Origin: Oligoflexales bacterium
GTDB lineage: Bacteria > Bdellovibrionota_B > Oligoflexia > Oligoflexales > Bog-1112
DNA length: 37,208 nt
Reading direction: 5' to 3'
Assembly: GCA_045105515.1 (NCBI GenBank)
Contig: JBGCDR010000414.1
Span: forward strand, 1 to 37,208
The translations under genes were made by a program, and so were the position numbers. This document shows, piece by piece, positions 1-9,175 of the stretch (position 1 is its first letter; the number at the start of each line of letters is the position of its first letter). Below the pieces are notes generated by a model. It made no database searches, was not told the DNA's origin, and saw only the letters and a program-made list of their open reading frames with translations.

Positions 1-126
1 TCTCATACCTTTGCTCATAAGTCAGATTGGCAGACATAAATACCCCTTTCTTGCAAGCAGATTAGCCTCATAGACTAAACTAAATCCGCCTTCCGAAGCG
101 ATGGAATTTTTTCTTCTGCACTTAAT

Positions 127-315
127 CTAGCAATCCGCCAAGTTAATAAGTCGTATTTGGGTTGCTCGCTTATTAATAAATACATAGATAGTTCCTTCTT
201 TTGGGTCTTTTTCAAAGTCAGACTTAACAATACGACAGATGGAATCGATACCTTTACGAAAGTCCAAAGGCTTAATGCACAGTAAAATTTTTGAGCTTGA
301 TGAAAGGTTGATCAT
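127..315 (-). pseudogene. tnpB: IS66 accessory protein TnpB (Orf2), C-terminally truncated (62 aa vs about 115 typical)
   Basis: KPLDFRKGIDS and YVFINKR match the IS66 Orf2 motifs (P.DMRKG.DGL, FVF.N+R). The ORF stops just before the expected W-D-G segment. Confidence 0.85.
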
Positions 316-710
316 GAACGTGCCTCCATAAATGCTTTAGTAATGAGTGTTATGTCGTTGACTGTAAATTCTCCTTCAATTCGAAGCTTTTCACCGGAGC
401 TTCCAGTAAGGTCAAGGACCCTGATTTTCGTGGGCGAAATGGGTTCCACAGCAGGCATCCCATAGAACTCATGTTCCTTCTTAAACTTTTTCTTCGATTT
501 TGGTTTTGGTTTTGCTTGAGTTGGATTGGCCCACTTATCCATCATTGGAGAGCTTATGCTTAAGTTTTTGCAAATAGCTATTTTACTATAGTGTTCAAGC
601 AAGGCTATTGCTTTACGCCTTAAATGCAGTGGGATTGGTTTTCTTTTTCTGTTCTGAGAGCGCCAATTTGTAAATTCGCTCTTAAGATCTTCAAGGGTTT
701 GTTGGGACAT
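312..710 (-). CDS. tnpA: IS66 accessory protein TnpA (HTH, Orf1)
   Basis: WR...R.PIP..L...A HTH-like N-terminus, position immediately upstream of tnpB, GGAGG RBS at 717-721 (minus). Confidence 0.75.
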   Translation of the reverse strand: MSQQTLEDLKSEFTNWRSQNRKRKPIPLHLRRKAIALLEHYSKIAICKNLSISSPMMDKWANPTQAKPKPKSKKKFKKEHEFYGMPAVEPISPTKIRVLDLTGSSGEKLRIEGEFTVNDITLITKAFMEARS

Positions 711-716
711 GAATAA

Positions 717-737
717 CCTCCATCAAGTTGATGAAGG
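717..737 (-). promoter_or_regulatory. Hairpin occluding the tnpA Shine-Dalgarno
   Basis: Minus-strand CCTTCATCA-ACT-TGATGGAGG forms a 9-bp stem (one G-U pair) whose 3' arm contains GGAGG. Confidence 0.5.
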
Positions 738-972
738 CATTTAAACAGATTAGCTTAAACGAATGCTAGACATGCTGCCCGTAAGGACACGTAATTTTTC
801 GATTTTGCATTAACTGATTCTAGCTGATCTTTGATGGTTACTTTTTTAGGAGCCCAGCTTAGAAATTTTATGGGAAAAAAAAATAAATATAGTATGTTAA
901 GCTATATAAAAGTCAATAATTCGTTGAATCAAACCGATGCTATTGGTACATGGCATTAAGGAGATTATGCTC

Positions 973-2739
973 ATGGGGCGGATCTTAAGCAGGTCGTTTG
1001 CAATCGACTTACGGGCTTTGGCTTTTTTCAGGATTGGCCTCGGTATTATCCTGATATGCGATCTTTTTAACCGCTTCCCTGTATTAAAGGATCACTACAC
1101 AAAATATGGTCTTTTACCTCTGACTGCCTTATTTGGTAAATTTTCTAATACAAATCACTTCTCGCTATATTTTATTAATGACACTTACCTTTTTCAGTCT
1201 TTTCTGTTTTTGATATCATTTTGCTCAGCAGTTTGCTTTCTCCTAGGTTACCGATCTAAATTAGCTGCTTTCATAAGTTGGGTATTATTAGTTTCCCTGC
1301 ACAATCGCAATATCATGGTGCTACAAGCAGGAGATACTCTACTAAGACTGCTTCTTTTTTGGTCAATGTTTTTACCTTTGGGTAAGCTAGCTTCGGTCGA
1401 TTCTGGACTAAGAAAAGACACTTGCGAAGAAAAGGAAATAAAGAATGCTGCGAGTTTCGCTGTCTTATTTCAAGTGGCGATAATGTATCTGATGACGTTT
1501 TTACTTAAAGATAGTCCTGGGTGGTGGCCCAATTTTACTGCCGGTCTTAAAGCTTTGTATTTGGAACAGCTTACCACCCATTTTGGTCTCTTTCTCAGGC
1601 AATTTGAGGGCCTTGTTCAAGCAAGTACAGCTGTAGTTTATATCCTCGAGGTATTAGCATTTATTTTGCTTTTTTCCCCCTTTTGGATGATTCGTTTTTT
1701 TGGGGCTATAGCTTTGATGGGCATGCACCTTAGTTTTGCTTTATCGATGCGTATTGGTTTGTTTCCTTATACTGATATCGTCGCTTTGATCTTATTTATT
1801 CCGCGGCCGGTCTGGGACTATCTAGAATCTAAAGTGGCATCACAACAAAGCAAGGTTATTGTTTTTTATGATAGGGATTGTGGTTTCTGTAGAAAACTTG
1901 TACACATCATCTGCCATTTGCTCTTTGTCCGGTGGGTGAAAATAAAAGAGGCTCAAAGTGATGATCTTGCTTTTGAGCTAATGGAACGTAATAACTCGTG
2001 GGTTCTTAGAACTGAAAAAGGAGAAAACCTTCAGGAGTTTTACGCAATAATCGCTCTTGTTAACTTGTCACCTTATTTTAGATTTTTTTCTAGGATCCTG
2101 GGGCTCTTTTTATTCAGATGGCTTGGGACCTTAGCTTACCGCTTAGTTGCTGGGAATCGAAAGTTTTTCGGTAGCATTTCAAACCGGCTCTTCTATGACC
2201 CTCCACCCCTTAAATTAAATCCTGGAAAACTAGTTTCGATCCTAATTTTATCTTTGAGTGGTTTATGCCTTCTTTGGAATCTCACTTTTTTACCTCAAAT
2301 AAATGTGAGTTTTCCACCATCTTTAAAACCCCTAATGCATGGCTTACGAATTAGTCAACGGTGGAATATGTTTGCTCCGAAACCTCCTTCAACCTCTGGA
2401 TGGTATGTGATACCTGGAACCTTGGTGGATGGTACTGAAGTTAATGTATGGACTAAGGAAGAGGACAAAGCTTCCTTTGAAAAACCCGATTTTGTTGCTG
2501 GAACCTTTTTAAGCATGCGTTGGAGAAAGTATCTGATGAATATTTGGCTAAAAAAGAATAAAGAGTATAGACTCTATTTTGGTAAATACCTTTGTAGGCG
2601 TTGGAATAGGAACCTTGCAGAGCACTCAAAAAAACTCTTGGAATTTAGAATCTATTTTATGAAGCAAAGAATCATTAATAATACTGAACTAAGCCTACCC
2701 AAGGCAGTTTCTATTTGGGGCCACAATTGTTTTAAATAG
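973..2739 (+). CDS. HTTM-domain multipass membrane protein with inserted DCC-family thiol-disulfide oxidoreductase domain
   Basis: HTTM motifs DLRALAFFRI, SLHNRN...GDTLLRLLLFW and Q.W.MFAP.P; internal YDRDCGFC (DxxCxxC). AAGGAG at 958-963 favours ATG 973 (or 967) over 937. Confidence 0.85.
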   Translation: MGRILSRSFAIDLRALAFFRIGLGIILICDLFNRFPVLKDHYTKYGLLPLTALFGKFSNTNHFSLYFINDTYLFQSFLFLISFCSAVCFLLGYRSKLAAFISWVLLVSLHNRNIMVLQAGDTLLRLLLFWSMFLPLGKLASVDSGLRKDTCEEKEIKNAASFAVLFQVAIMYLMTFLLKDSPGWWPNFTAGLKALYLEQLTTHFGLFLRQFEGLVQASTAVVYILEVLAFILLFSPFWMIRFFGAIALMGMHLSFALSMRIGLFPYTDIVALILFIPRPVWDYLESKVASQQSKVIVFYDRDCGFCRKLVHIICHLLFVRWVKIKEAQSDDLAFELMERNNSWVLRTEKGENLQEFYAIIALVNLSPYFRFFSRILGLFLFRWLGTLAYRLVAGNRKFFGSISNRLFYDPPPLKLNPGKLVSILILSLSGLCLLWNLTFLPQINVSFPPSLKPLMHGLRISQRWNMFAPKPPSTSGWYVIPGTLVDGTEVNVWTKEEDKASFEKPDFVAGTFLSMRWRKYLMNIWLKKNKEYRLYFGKYLCRRWNRNLAEHSKKLLEFRIYFMKQRIINNTELSLPKAVSIWGHNCFK

Positions 2740-2757
2740 TAAATTATAGCTAGAAAA

Positions 2758-4143
2758 CTAGCATAACGGAACGTTAACCGCTAACCCGCCGCGAGAAGTT
2801 TCTTTATATTTTGTCTTCATGTCTTTTCCGGTTTCTTTCATGGTTTTGATAACTGAATCTAAGGAAACAAAGTGATGACCATTACCTCGCAAGGCTATTC
2901 TAGTAGCATTTATTGCTTTGACTGCTCCCATTGCATTCCTTTCAATACAGGGAATTTGGACCAGTCCACCAATGGGATCGCAGGTCAAGCCCAGGTTATG
3001 CTCCATGGCAATTTCTGCTGCTTGCTCTATTTGTAAGGTGTTGCCTCCTAAAGCAGCTGTTAATCCTCCAGCCGCCATTGAACAGGCTACCCCTACTTCA
3101 CCTTGACAGCCAACTTCAGCCCCCGAAATTGAAGCATTTTTAGCATAGAGAGACCCAATAGCTGTGGCAGTCAATAAAATCTTGTGAATTCCTTGCCGGT
3201 CCCCTTGATGATGGCACAGTCGTTCGTAATATCTAAGAATTGCAGGAATGATTCCGGAGGCACCATTTGTGGGTGCTGTGACGACCCTGGATCCTGCAGC
3301 GTTTTCTTCATTTACTGCAAGTGCATAAAGGTTTACCCAATCCAAGATGGTCAGAGGATCTTTAAGTGAATGTTCGGGCTTTCCCGTGAGCTCCTCGAAT
3401 ATTTCGCCTGCGCGTCTTTTTACTTTTAGACTCCCAGGCAGAACACCCTTAGTTTTGCACCCACGGTCAATACATTGATTCATTTCATTCCATATATTGT
3501 CCAACTTATTTTCAACAACTTCTCTAGGCCTTAAAGCCATTTCGTTGGCTAGAACAATGTTGCTTATACTCATTTGCTGTTTTTCTGATAATTCTAAAAG
3601 ATCTCGCCCTGAAGTGAATGGATAAGGAAGGATTTGTGTTGCTTGATGAGTTAGCTCCTTGTTATTTAGTTCTTCCTCTGTAGCAATAAAACCGCCTCCA
3701 ATTGAGTAAAATGTTTTACTATTCAAAACTTTAGATTGCTTGTCGAAGCATGTGAGCTTTAAGCCATTAGGGTGATGTTTTAATGTCTTGGTGCGGTGAA
3801 AAGCTATATCATTTTTTGTGTGAAAAGCAACTTTTTGAACTCCGAGGATTTTCAAAACCTCCTTTTGTTTGACCATGTCAGGTATACTAAACACTAAATT
3901 CGGATCGATACCATCTGGCTCGTAACCTGCTAAGCCTAAAATAATAGCACGGTCCGTCCCATGACCTATTCCGGTGAGTGCTAAGGAACCGTATAAGTCC
4001 ACAAGAATACGCTTTGCTTTGGATATATATTTTGCCTGTTTGAGTTCTTGAGCAAAAGTAAAGGCTGCTAGCATAGGCCCGACTGTGTGAGAACTAGAAG
4101 GTCCAATGCCAATTTTAAACAGATCAAATAAGCTTACGGCCAT
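2758..4143 (-). CDS. sdaA: L-serine ammonia-lyase (Fe-S, single chain)
   Basis: FKIGIGPSSSHTVGPM, GSLALTG.GHGTD, SISGAEVGCQGEVG, HNLGLTCDP.GGLVQIPCIERN, YKETSRGGLA. Confidence 0.97.
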   Translation of the reverse strand: MAVSLFDLFKIGIGPSSSHTVGPMLAAFTFAQELKQAKYISKAKRILVDLYGSLALTGIGHGTDRAIILGLAGYEPDGIDPNLVFSIPDMVKQKEVLKILGVQKVAFHTKNDIAFHRTKTLKHHPNGLKLTCFDKQSKVLNSKTFYSIGGGFIATEEELNNKELTHQATQILPYPFTSGRDLLELSEKQQMSISNIVLANEMALRPREVVENKLDNIWNEMNQCIDRGCKTKGVLPGSLKVKRRAGEIFEELTGKPEHSLKDPLTILDWVNLYALAVNEENAAGSRVVTAPTNGASGIIPAILRYYERLCHHQGDRQGIHKILLTATAIGSLYAKNASISGAEVGCQGEVGVACSMAAGGLTAALGGNTLQIEQAAEIAMEHNLGLTCDPIGGLVQIPCIERNAMGAVKAINATRIALRGNGHHFVSLDSVIKTMKETGKDMKTKYKETSRGGLAVNVPLC

Positions 4144-4218
4144 GGTTAACTCGTTATAAAAACGTCTTCGTATTGCTCACGGTTTAAGTAGCATACATAA
4201 GAAGTAATTGAACCTAGA

Positions 4219-4584
4219 TTAATATTCTATTTCTTCCTCAAGGAGGGATATTAGTTGTTCATAATAGCCTTGATGATAAGGGCTGGTAAAGTCTAGGATT
4301 TCAAGGCCTACGCCCCTACTTTTGCAATCATTGCTTTCTTGGCTGCACCACCTTACTATTCCTTTACCTTCAAGGTGAGGTTCGAAAGGTCTCTTTATTT
4401 TGAACTCTATCATATCACCTCGCTCAGGAATTTTGCCAGAACAACTGATGAACATTCCCTTATAACTAACATTGTCTGTGTAGCAAGGTTCATCTGACGA
4501 TAGATTTACGAGTTGTGGGTTTAGATCTACTTCTAGTTTGAGTGCGTATCTTTGCTTTGAACGTAGAATTTGGTCATGGTCCAT
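4219..4584 (-). CDS. PilZ-domain (c-di-GMP receptor) protein
   Basis: RSKQR (RxxxR) and NVSYKG (D/NxSxxG), plus G.VRW and G.GL. AGGAGA RBS precedes ATG at 4584. Confidence 0.85.
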   Translation of the reverse strand: MDHDQILRSKQRYALKLEVDLNPQLVNLSSDEPCYTDNVSYKGMFISCSGKIPERGDMIEFKIKRPFEPHLEGKGIVRWCSQESNDCKSRGVGLEILDFTSPYHQGYYEQLISLLEEEIEY

Positions 4585-4714
4585 GTCCGTTCTCCTAATT
4601 TGAAAGGATAAAGAGTTTTTAGCTGGTCTCTTCTTTGCACAAGGACCCGGAGGCATTACAATTTGTGTTAGGGTATATCTAGAATCTTATCTTATTTTTA
4701 AGGATCGAATCAAG

Positions 4715-5821
4715 ATGAAGCATGGATTCGCTGGCTTGATTTATGTGTTAGGTTTGGCACTTAGTGCTGAGGGCCTTGGGTCGCAAGCAAGGTTGGTAGT
4801 CTTAGGACCTGCCAGTCGAGCTGTCTTGAATAGCACCTACAGGCCTATTATACCTTATCATATCAACGGATTAACTAAAGATGCCAAGATTGGTTTTGAC
4901 CTTGGGTATCGAGGCCAATCGAGATCATTTGTGGAGGCTAAATCCAGCTTAACAGCAGCAGACTTCCATATTTATGGATCGGTCCCGCTTTTTCTGATTG
5001 GTAGGAGTTCAAGGCCTTCTGGATTAATGATGAAAGTAAGTTCTATTTCTTCCAAAAATATTATTAGTTATAAAAATTTTGAATGGGAAGATGAAGAAAG
5101 CAAGGATAATTTAAAAGCAGATCTAGGATTTGTTATTGCGCCTTCGAATATTTATATGTTTAGTATTCAGGCTTCATTTGATCAGCGCAATGAGATTAGT
5201 AAACAGCGTTCTGAAAGAGATCTGGATGATGAGGTATTTGAAAGAAGGCAGACTATCAACAAAACATCTTCTTCCATATATTTAGAATATGGATATCGCC
5301 TCAGATTGACTCGTGAGACCTCAGTAGGGGTGGTATACAGTCCTGGATATTATTCTAAAAACGGGACCCATATCAGGGAAGAAAACTCTTTTATAGATGA
5401 CAATACCGTTGATGAATATAATGATTCTGCCTACAGCCAGGGATTCTTTTCTATTGGGCTAAAGACAAGGGCTTCAAAGCCTATAACTATGATGCTAGGT
5501 GTTGATAGATTTTTTGAAGTGAAAAATAAAAACGAGTCTGGCGGTGAGCTTCTGGAAAACGAATACTCGAATCTTGGCCTCGCAGCTGAATACCGTATAC
5601 TTACAGCAAAAAAAGAAATTTGGATTCCTCGACTTGGGTTTGAAGCAAAGTCAAATGGCGAAAATCAGTTTTCCTTTGGACTAAGTGTTCAATCAGGAAA
5701 ATTTGAAGCTGACCTTGCTGCCATTAGTGTTAGTGGATCCACGGACACTTCTAAGAATTCAGAATTGAGGATTATTATTGGACTAGGCTATCGGATTCAT
5801 GATGAAGATCAAGAGTCTTGA
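4715..5821 (+). CDS. Exported hypothetical protein, probable outer-membrane beta-barrel
   Basis: N-terminal signal peptide, many alternating amphipathic strands, terminal IIIGLGYRI strand. Confidence 0.55.
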   Translation: MKHGFAGLIYVLGLALSAEGLGSQARLVVLGPASRAVLNSTYRPIIPYHINGLTKDAKIGFDLGYRGQSRSFVEAKSSLTAADFHIYGSVPLFLIGRSSRPSGLMMKVSSISSKNIISYKNFEWEDEESKDNLKADLGFVIAPSNIYMFSIQASFDQRNEISKQRSERDLDDEVFERRQTINKTSSSIYLEYGYRLRLTRETSVGVVYSPGYYSKNGTHIREENSFIDDNTVDEYNDSAYSQGFFSIGLKTRASKPITMMLGVDRFFEVKNKNESGGELLENEYSNLGLAAEYRILTAKKEIWIPRLGFEAKSNGENQFSFGLSVQSGKFEADLAAISVSGSTDTSKNSELRIIIGLGYRIHDEDQES

Positions 5822-5977
5822 AGTCTCTGTTTTTAAGCCTGATAATATTCTTTCTTGTCTGTATTCTTACCAAGTTCCGCTAATTTTTTGATTTTCCTTT
5901 TAATTGAAAGAAAATAAAGTTAAAAGTAGATGCTCATAATGCTTTGTGAGTTCACATAATCAGAAATTAAAGGAAGA

Positions 5978-6292
5978 ATGATGAGTGGGGTTTTAGAAAA
6001 TAAAAAAAGTACGAGCCAAATTTCATCACTTCCTCGGTTGAAAAACAGAAAACTGTACCGGATTTTGATGATGCTGCAAAACAAAAAAGGGTCATTAGCT
6101 AAAGTCTCCTTAATGCTTGCAGATCGAGGCGCTGGAATTGAAAATCTTGACTTCAAGCCAAGCTCTAAAGCTGGCCTTGCCGAATTGGACCTTACTATTA
6201 GTATTAAAAAAGAGCAATTGCAAGGGATTCTAAATGATGCTCAAAGGATGACAGAGATTAGAAGTGCCTCCTTGAAAGCTGAAAAAGATTAG
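5978..6292 (+). CDS. Stand-alone ACT-domain protein
   Basis: LQNKKGSLAKVSLMLADRGAGIENL matches the ACT consensus (N+PG.L.+V..+...G.NI). Confidence 0.7.
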   Translation: MMSGVLENKKSTSQISSLPRLKNRKLYRILMMLQNKKGSLAKVSLMLADRGAGIENLDFKPSSKAGLAELDLTISIKKEQLQGILNDAQRMTEIRSASLKAEKD

Positions 6293-7299
6293 CTGTTGTG
6301 TTGGTAATAATATGCAACGCAGCAGAAGAATGCGATTTGACAAAGAAAAGTTGCAGCTCCAACAATAAGAGCCTTAGGTGCACAGTTAAGCAAGGTGGCG
6401 ATTTTAATGCGAATCCCTATTGCACACATGGATATTATCAGAAAAACATTAGAAATTTTTTTCGCCAAACCTACTTGCTCGTCGCTAAGTACTCCTGAAT
6501 TGAGGAGAACTGTACATAGTAGAAATCCATAAAGGTATGTTGGCAATAGTTTAAGCAGAGAGCTTGGATTTTTACTGGTGGTGCCCTTAGAAAAGTAGGC
6601 CAAAACTAGAAGGGCTGGAATTAACAGGCAGATTCGCCCCATTTTTATGGCTAGGCTTAGCTCACCCACCTCACTATTGATAGCATATCCAGCAGCTACC
6701 ACATGACCTACGGCTTGCAAAGAACCTCCTATTAACAAGCTGGATGCTTGTTCCGAAAAGCCTCCGGCATTGACCAAAGATGGCAAAATAAAAATGCCCA
6801 TTGTCCCAAGTAAGTTCACAATACCTACAGAAATTCCTACCTCATCGTTGTTTTTAGTGACCATAGGAGCTGAAGCCACTACTGCCGCTGAGCCACAAAT
6901 AGCATTACCAACTCCTAATAAGATTCCAAGAGAGGGAGCAATTTTGCATAATTTTGCAAACACATAGCTAGTTGTTATAGTCATAATTACTGCAGTAATT
7001 ATGATTAAGAACGCTATGCCTCCTAAGCTTTGTATCTGTGCCCATTCGAGCCCAAAGCCCATGAGAATGATTGAATAAGACAAGAGTTTTTTTTCTGAAT
7101 AGCTAATTCCCGGCTCCAAATTGGGAGTAACTGGTAATAAATTACCCCAAAGCATTCCCAATAATATCGCAATACTAACTCCCCCCATTCCGGGAGCTAA
7201 AATCGCCAATAGCTCCGCACCAAAGGCTAAACTCGTACAGAGAATTAAACCTGGACCAATTCTTGTGAGCATATTGAAGATATGGCTCGGAAAATACAT
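6289..7299 (-). CDS. YeiH/UPF0324 putative sulfate exporter family transporter
   Basis: IAILLGM..GN, LLG.GNAICGSAAVVA, L.GGSLQAVGHVVAAG, K+.R motif; about 10 TM segments. Confidence 0.9.
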   Translation of the reverse strand: MYFPSHIFNMLTRIGPGLILCTSLAFGAELLAILAPGMGGVSIAILLGMLWGNLLPVTPNLEPGISYSEKKLLSYSIILMGFGLEWAQIQSLGGIAFLIIITAVIMTITTSYVFAKLCKIAPSLGILLGVGNAICGSAAVVASAPMVTKNNDEVGISVGIVNLLGTMGIFILPSLVNAGGFSEQASSLLIGGSLQAVGHVVAAGYAINSEVGELSLAIKMGRICLLIPALLVLAYFSKGTTSKNPSSLLKLLPTYLYGFLLCTVLLNSGVLSDEQVGLAKKISNVFLIISMCAIGIRIKIATLLNCAPKALIVGAATFLCQIAFFCCVAYYYQHNS

Positions 7300-7536
7300 T
7301 TATTTACCTCTACTTAAATTGTTGAGCCCCATAATTTTCGGGGTTTAACACAGTAATATAGAATTTCTACAAAAGAATCAGTACAAAAAGTTCACCAGCT
7401 TACCGTCATTTTGACTTCTAGACAATATGAGCTGTGTTTTTTATAATTTTTTTCAGTAATACTATGTTCTATAAGAAGTTTTTAGCAGCTCTCAAGTCCA
7501 CGCAATGTATGCCAATTAGGCATAGGAGGCTCTATC

Positions 7537-7755
7537 ATGGCATCTAAAATGATGCTAGGCATCTTAACTGTTCTTTGCTTCATTAATATGATCCTGCTAT
7601 TTTCCCAGACTACTGAGCTGAATGAAAAGTATATGAAATTGCAAGCGCTGATCGAAATAAATCAGAATTCAATTAAAAACCAGGAAAATAATTTAGAGCA
7701 AATTCGACTAATATTAGATAAGATTAGGAAATCAGATTCAAACTTAAGATTTTAA
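7537..7755 (+). CDS. Small protein with N-terminal TM and coiled coil
   Basis: AGGAGG RBS, hydrophobic residues 5-22, heptad-like C-terminus. Confidence 0.65.
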   Translation: MASKMMLGILTVLCFINMILLFSQTTELNEKYMKLQALIEINQNSIKNQENNLEQIRLILDKIRKSDSNLRF

Positions 7756-7961
7756 ACTGCCTTTTCCACTCCAGATGTGGAAGAATATCACTCTAATCTA
7801 AATCAGTTGACAAGACTTTTTTTAAGCTTAATTCCCTAAGTTCACAATAACTTTTTCATGCGCAAAATATCACGATTTTATTTCTAAATTATTTGTAAAA
7901 AATTTCGATTTGTTTTCTTAGCCCTTTCTTAGGTCTATAGTTCTAAAACAAGGAGTAATAT

Positions 7962-8354
7962 ATGACAAAAAACAAAGTAGTTCTGATTGATGACGACCCT
8001 GGGTTCAATATAATTATGACTAGAGTTGCAGAGCAGATGGGTGTTTCACTTAATACCTATGAATCATTGGAAGACCTTGGAATGGTTAGCCTCATGAACT
8101 CATATGATATTGCCATCGTTGACTATGATTTAGGTAAGTTAAATGGACTTGAAGTTGCCCATTATGCTAAGAGCTTTTTCAAGGGGCTGCCCATTTATCT
8201 TATTAGTAATCAAGAAAGGGAACCAAATCGACATTGGCCTGAAAATATAGTTAAATTTAGCCATAAAAAAAATGGATATGCTTGTATCATGCAAATGGCT
8301 AAAAAAATCTTAAATCCGAAAGATGCGATTATTAATTGGGATGTGTACACTTGA
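7962..8354 (+). CDS. Single-domain response regulator (REC)
   Basis: VLIDDD, DIAIVD (phospho-Asp), YLIS, conserved Lys; AAGGAG RBS. Confidence 0.85.
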   Translation: MTKNKVVLIDDDPGFNIIMTRVAEQMGVSLNTYESLEDLGMVSLMNSYDIAIVDYDLGKLNGLEVAHYAKSFFKGLPIYLISNQEREPNRHWPENIVKFSHKKNGYACIMQMAKKILNPKDAIINWDVYT

Positions 8355-8533
8355 TTTTCTTGGGTTTAGCAATCATACGAAAATGAAATAAAAATTACCT
8401 CAATCTTAAAGTTGATTTTTGTCGTAATGTCAGTAATTTAAGATTAGCTTCTTAAGAAGCTTAGATTAATCATAGTCTTCTTCGATTTTGGAGAAAGCTA
8501 TTGGGGGCATGGTTTATTTAGAGGAAGCCATTT

Positions 8534-9172
8534 ATGCACACTTTTGAAAATAATAAATTTATACTTTTTTGCGCTTGCCTTTTTCTAAACCAAATTGCTT
8601 GTAGGAAATCTAACGGTCAAAGAGAGGTTTTGCATATTGAAAATAATCAGAATCCACACGCGAGCAAATCACTTAACGATCATTTAGAACATCAGGAAGA
8701 TATTGAAACTGAAGAAAAAGAAGATTTCGAAGATAAGAACATTGAAGAAGAAAAAGATCATGAAGGTGTGCAAGCTTCATCTATGATTTCAGGTTCTTAT
8801 CTGACGGCTTGTGCTTTCATAGAAAATCGAGCAAATGTGCTTTGTGAGTTTAATTCGGATCTTTTTAAAAAAGAAGCTGATCAGCAAAGAGAAATGATTG
8901 AAATCGTTGTGATTGTAAGAAAAGATCAACGTTACCTTCCGGTAGAGTATGTCTTGCAGTATTATGATGAAGACGAAGTTTGGGAGATAAAAATTCCTCG
9001 GGAAAATTTCGATAAACCACAGATCGACTGGACTTATTGCAATGATAAGTGCGAGCGAGACGATTCTATGCCTGTTCATGATGTTTTGGTGGAAATAGAT
9101 GGTGATGAATATAGTGAAAATGACTTATCTATTGTCATTACTAAGGAAGATTCTTTATATCGATCTCTTTAA
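8534..9172 (+). CDS. Hypothetical lipoprotein with acidic linker
   Basis: Hydrophobic stretch then QIAC lipobox-like site; E/D-rich linker; GAGGA RBS. Confidence 0.65.
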   Translation: MHTFENNKFILFCACLFLNQIACRKSNGQREVLHIENNQNPHASKSLNDHLEHQEDIETEEKEDFEDKNIEEEKDHEGVQASSMISGSYLTACAFIENRANVLCEFNSDLFKKEADQQREMIEIVVIVRKDQRYLPVEYVLQYYDEDEVWEIKIPRENFDKPQIDWTYCNDKCERDDSMPVHDVLVEIDGDEYSENDLSIVITKEDSLYRSL

Positions 9173-9175
9173 GTC

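Larger units (their letters stand above)
127..794 (-). mobile_element. IS66-family insertion sequence remnant (left end, tnpA, truncated tnpB; no tnpC in window)
   Basis: tnpA-like and tnpB-like ORFs overlap by ATGA at 312-315. The minus strand at 794-785 reads TTACGTGTCC, resembling the IS66 terminal GTAAG(C/T)GTCC. Confidence 0.8.

Noticed and set aside
127..315. RNA-guided TnpB (IS200/IS605, Cas12 ancestor)
   Set aside because: The motifs are those of the unrelated IS66 Orf2 'TnpB'; there is no RuvC or Zn finger.
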